The notes under the pieces are model-generated. The model was not told the origin of the DNA. It saw nothing but the letters and a program-made list of their open reading frames with translations, and ran no database searches. This document shows, in pieces, positions 58,771 through 64,000 of a DNA stretch of 64,000 nucleotides. The stretch lies in NCBI RefSeq assembly GCF_009914755.1, contig NC_060936.1; one strand, given 5' to 3'. The stretch is from the human T2T-CHM13v2.0 reference genome, Homo sapiens. Position numbers and translations under genes: made by a program. The first letter of the stretch is position 1; every line of letters begins with the position of its first letter.

Positions 58771-59494
58771 AGTAAATATGGCAAAATGTTAAAAAAAAAT
58801 TCACAACCCTACCTCCAGCAAATTTTCTGCAGTTATTATTCTGGTATTTATTTTTGGTTGATTTTCTCCTAAGACTAGTTCAGAGAGCTATAGAGTCTAA
58901 CTAATTTTTAGTTCAATCTCTCTCTTTTTTACATATGAACACTAGGTTTCATCTGTTAGCAACTTTTTGAAGCTAAACACGTTGTATACTAAAATATATT
59001 TAGTGTGTTTTTCCACTTCTTGTTTCAAGATGAGAATATTATCAGCGTTCTTTAGGAAATTTCCCATACCACTTCACGGCTCTCCTTTAGACCTTAAAAT
59101 ACCTAGTATTTTCAGTCCCTCCCACCTCCAATATTTCTGTTTTAGAATTTCACTTGTCCTTTATTTATACTGGTAGTGTTCAAAGGAAGTTTTTTTTTAT
59201 GACATTCTTATATGAAACTCCAGTATAGAAATCAGATTAAAATTTTTTTATACAAAGATGTATATTGAGTTCAAATTCATATAATATGCTTATTATAAAT
59301 CTGTTAATAAGAACAATGAAATTACTTTGATTAGCACAAAAATTTAAAAGGTATATTAGAGAAGATAGTTGTAACCTTATATCAACTGTAGCATCAAATT
59401 GATTTCTGTATTATTTGGTTTCACAATATTGAGAAAATCCTGATTCACACATTAAAGTGGTTACAAATGGTAGCAGTGTTTTTTGTTTCCTCAT

Positions 59495-59805
59495 TTGTTT
59501 TTATTTTATTTTTAATTTTTGTCTGTACATAGTAGGTATATATACTTATTGGATACATGTGATGTTTTGATACAGGCATACAATGTACAATAGTCTTATC
59601 AGGGTGAATGAGGTACCCATCACCTCAAGCATTTATCATTTCTTTGTGTTAGAAATATTCCAATTCTATTTTCTTTTTTTTAATGTGCAATAAATTATTG
59701 CTGACTATAGTCCACCCTGATGTGCTATCAAATACTAGATCATATTCATTCTATCTAACTATATTTTTGCACCCATTAACCATCTCCACAACCCACCCCA
59801 ACCCT
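59495..59805 (-). mobile_element. L1MA-type 3' end
   Basis: gtacatagtaggtatatata...ttttgatacaggcatacaatg...catcacctcaagcatttatc. Confidence 0.85.
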
Positions 59806-59972
59806 TTTTAAAACAACCTGCCTTGAAGTTTCAAGATACTCTTCATCTAAAATGATCCAGAAACTCAGAAAAGTTGCTGGAATTTTTTGTCCAAGATGAT
59901 GCAGCAAAATCTAATATGTGAACCTATTTTCATTGTTAAATATTCAGCTGAGAGGTGGTTAATGTATTTCTT

Positions 59973-60289
59973 TTCTTTCTTTCTTTTTTTTTTTTTGTTT
60001 TTTTTTTGAGACAGAGTCTCACTCCATCACCCAGGCTGGAGTGCAGTGGGAGGATCTTGGCTCAATGCAACCTCTGCCTCCCAGCTCAATTGATTCTCTT
60101 CCCTCAGCTTCCTGAGTAGCTGGGACTACAGGTGTGCACTACCTTGCCCCGCCTTTTTTTGTATTTTTAGTAGAGATGGGGTTTCACCATGTTGGCCAGG
60201 CTGGTCTCGAACTCCTTCACCTCAGGTGATCCACCCGCCTCTGCCTCCCAAAGTGCTGGTATTGCAGGTGTGAGCCACCGTGCCCAGCC
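59973..60289 (-). mobile_element. AluS-type SINE
   Basis: Dimer; TSD TGGTTAAT(GTA/ATG)TTTCTT. Confidence 0.93.
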
Positions 60290-61521
60290 TGGTTAATATG
60301 TTTCTTAGCCAGCCTAAATTGTCATTGTTGCCTGGAAAAATACTCTTTCAAATGAATTTCTTGTAATGGGAGGTTTGATAATAAAATAATATATATGAAC
60401 TAAAAACAATGTAATTTCTTCTTCTCTCTAATTTTTACTTACTAGTGTCTCTGGTAAAAGGGTTTATGCGGGAGCAAGTTGGTTGACACTTGTCATCAGT
60501 CTGCCACAACTTGTAGATAGTTGAAAGTATGTTAGAAGAGAGGAGTGAAAAATGCAGCAATTCTAAACCAGAATGGCAGGGTCTCCATGGAGGGCCTCAT
60601 GACCACATACCTCATTCTTCCAGAATTATTATATCTGCTCATATGAGTTCTCTGTGCATCCTTGCATTTATTAATAATGTATACTTAGTCTTTTAAAAAA
60701 GTACTTGAAATCATAAAGATTTTGATAGCTTGATACTATTTGATCACAATGAACATAGGGAATTTCTTACAATTATATAAAGTCAACATTTCTAGCTGGT
60801 TTTAAATAAGAAAATAACCTAGGCATTGATAAAATTGACTTTCAGTAAATCTGAAGTGTGAGGGGGAAATATTTTATCATGGTGTTTGTCTCTGTGAGTT
60901 AATATTTATAATACTTTTTCTCATTTATTTTTCAATGGAGATAAAATTTATGCAAACACTAATAAATCAGTGTCATCCTAATTGAAACTTGGCAAGTGAG
61001 AGACACTCGGTTACCTGTCCTGCGTTATGCACGCCCACCCTTTCATACTTGGGGCAGATGAAAAGGGGAAATGTCAAGATATCACTTGAAAAATGCATTT
61101 TTAAAAGTTAAATTAACAAAAAGTAAGACTTACAATTTAGGAAGTGATGGGGGGTACCACTGATGAATACTTTGCTGCACTGTATTTCAGCAATGCAGTC
61201 CAGCATTGAAGGTCTCTTTTATTTCATAAAGAAGTATACTTTTCTGTAGAAAATTTAAATATTTTAACCTGCAATGCATTACAGGGAAAATTATTTATGA
61301 AACCACAAAAACAAAAGGTATTTATTCTACCATGGAAATATACATTTAAAAAAATGTCCATCTATAGTTATTTCAGTCCTTCAATGTAGTATGGACATAT
61401 TTTTGAGGCTATGTCTGGGCACACAAGCTTTTAATGTAACTCAGTTAAAAGTAAATTTATTAAAGATGTAATTTGTGGGATTATGTATGCTATGAAACCT
61501 GGTCTGCTTTAATTATGACAA

Positions 61522-61770
61522 TTTCTTTATCCATTGATGGGCACTTGGGTTGATTCCATATTTTGGCTATTGTGAATAGTGCTGCAATAAACATGAGAGT
61601 GCAGACATCTCTTTGATGTATTGATTTCCTTTCTGCTGGATATATACCCAGTAGTGAAATTGCCAGATCGTAAGGAACTTCTTTTAGTTTTTTGAGGAGC
61701 CTCAATACTGTTCTCCAGAGACTATACTAATTTGCATTCCCACCAATGGTGTATGAGGCTTCCCCTTTTC
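61522..61770 (-). mobile_element. L1 ORF2 C-terminal fragment
   Basis: Peptide LLGIYP...MFIAALFTIAKIWNQPKCPS. Confidence 0.88.
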
Positions 61771-63469
61771 ACAGTGATTTCTAAGGACTTTACCTTTACA
61801 TATGGGACCAGAGTATGAACATTTTGAACACCATATGAGGTGATATGGAGATTCAAGGCTCCAGTCCCTGAATAGCACTCAGTTGTCCCTCAAAGCCACC
61901 AACACCGGAAAGAACTAGTCAACATATTCCTGGAAGTGACTCCCTTGGTCAGTAGCTGCTAAATGATCTTGGGCAAGCCATTTCTCCTTTTTCACATATG
62001 TGATTTTTAATGTCCTTTTAAGCTAAAAAGCATTACCTCCATTCTAAGGAGGTAATGCTTGCTATCTTTTTGAAAGCGCAGTACTTTCAGAGGATAATCA
62101 TTAAGATGTGGTGATTCTCATCTTAAACAGTACAACAAAGTGTATATTTCTTGAGCCCTCATTTATATATAATAATGGTGTAAATGGTGTTTATTAAACT
62201 AATGGGTAAATGGTGTTTATTAAACTATGTTGACATTTGTTAAACTCCCCATGTTAAGGCTGAGAGAGCCTGGGAACCAATGAATAAGAATTCCAAAAAA
62301 ATCACATCACATTATGCCATTTTCTCTGAATTTTCTCTTTTTCACAGAATCCTATTTGTTAAAACCCTAGCTTCATGCTATTCTTTCTCAGTTGTCCACC
62401 ATTTCAGATTCATTGTATTCATTAGGCATGACAGGCACATAGCTTAGGTCCTAGTAGCTTTTTAAAGGTCCTTTGGAAATATTTGAGCCCTGAAAACAAA
62501 TGATGTCTTCCAAAGTCCAAAAATAAAACCATAAAACCAGCATTGATAAATGTTTAATGAAATGCCTACAAAATATAATATTAAGTCAACTTCATTAATT
62601 GTTAAAATTAGTATTCATAAAATTTTCATAATATTTGGAAATAAACTGTAATTTAGATTTCTCTTTTTGTAAGAATTTCTGAGTATGCAAAATGATTATC
62701 ATAAAATTATAACCAATTGTAAATTCAGTGAGATGCTTAGCCAAAGAATTTCAAGAGCAAAGTTACAGGAAATCCTTTCATAATTTTGTACTAAAAAATT
62801 GAATTTATATGTAATCTGTGAAAACTTTAATACGTTGTTTATTAGGTATAAAAATCAAATAACAATCACTAACATTTATCAGATGTTCATTATGTGCCAA
62901 ATATTATTCTAAGATCTTGTTCATTATGAATGTGCTATTGATTTTTTTCTCTCTCCCTCTACTCCATATCTAATCAATCTCCAGCCAGACATTTCACTTG
63001 TATTTTTTCCTTAAATCCATCCGATTACTTTTCTCTCCATTGACACCTGCCCGTCCTCCAACTCAGAATCCCAGTATCTTTTGACTCAACTACTTCAAAA
63101 GTCCTCCTGCATCCCCTCCTGTCTCCAGTGGTAGAGTAAACCTATAAAAGGGAAATTCTGCTTTAAGCCTTTTCATGGCTCCAATTACTATTATGATAAA
63201 GTATGAAATCCTAAACATGACCTCAAGTCTCACCCTTTTGCAACCAGTCTGTTTTCAGGGGCCCCTCTTTATGCTATACCCAGAGAAATTGAACATCCTC
63301 CATAGCCTCCTGCCTCAGGGACAGGACAGGAGCCCTGAGGTTTGCGCAGGGCGGGTGTGTCTGATACAGGGAGGCACTGGCAGTAGAGTAAGACCCATAT
63401 GAATCTGAGGCTACTGTCAAAAGGAGGGCATGAGTTCCCACTGGGAGGGAAAGGAAGGAACACTTATTG

Positions 63470-63665
63470 AGGCATGGCAACACTTGCAGGGCCTGGCTAG
63501 GTGTTGGACATGCACCGTCTCATTGAATACTCCTAACAGCCTGTGAGGTTGATCTTATGATTGTGTGCACAGATGAGATGTGCAGGGCAGCACAGCTAGT
63601 GAAAATTAGACTTGGAATTTGAAACTTGACTCTCAAGCCAGTGTTTTTCCACGCACCATGCTGTT
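63470..63665 (-). mobile_element. MIR flanked by L2 fragments
   Basis: cacttattga...ctaacagcctgtgagg...cagatgag...cacagctagtg. Confidence 0.6.
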
Positions 63666-63860
63666 CTGCCTTGTTGTTTCATCACTGTTATAACCCCAGT
63701 CTACCACAGAGTCTCAAGACAAGGAGTATCTACCCAATAAATGTTGGGTGAATTTGGAATGTCAGAGTAAGTCACCTTTAGTCTAGGGGCTTTTCCTTTG
63801 AAGAAAAACACTGTTTTCATCCTGGGAGTTGAAACAGGTTTTGCAGAGGCTTTGTGACCT

Positions 63861-63920
63861 TATCCATCTATCTATGTATATATCTATGTATCTGTGTATC
63901 TCTCTATCTATCTATCTATC

Positions 63921-63962
<42 letters not shown>
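63861..63962. repeat. (CTAT)n tetranucleotide STR
   Basis: Direct read. Confidence 0.95.
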
Positions 63963-64000
63963 TTATGTATAGGTAACTATATTCTAGAGGTTTGAGACCA

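Noticed and set aside
62435-62860. Possible old hAT-type DNA transposon fragment
   Set aside because: Could not identify termini or family with enough confidence.

Overview
Primate (most likely human) genomic DNA. The first ~1 kb is a CpG island holding the first coding exon, 5'UTR and promoter of LRIG3 on the minus strand (signal peptide plus LRR N-terminal cap, ATG at 511, GT donor at 274-275). The other ~63 kb is the upstream gene-poor flank. It holds about 20 Alu elements or monomers, a near full-length L1PB with a nested L1PA and two nested Alus, an ancient L1M with five nested elements, L2/MIR/L3 relics, MaLR and ERV LTRs, hAT and Tigger DNA transposon relics, and microsatellites. I see no second protein-coding gene and no convincing new multi-gene system. 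The most unusual sequence-level signals are a ~300-bp AT-rich quasi-palindrome (50.7-51.0 kb), a perfect in-frame 4x66-bp expansion in L1PA ORF2, a young 126-bp tandem duplication with errors clustered at one end, a probable L1 3' transduction, a palindromic double TCF/LEF site, a duplicated unit carrying NR5A/ERR sites, and an 8-codon uORF upstream of the LRIG3 start. Repeat subfamily names come from recalled consensus sequences, not a RepeatMasker run, and the boundaries of old repeats are approximate.
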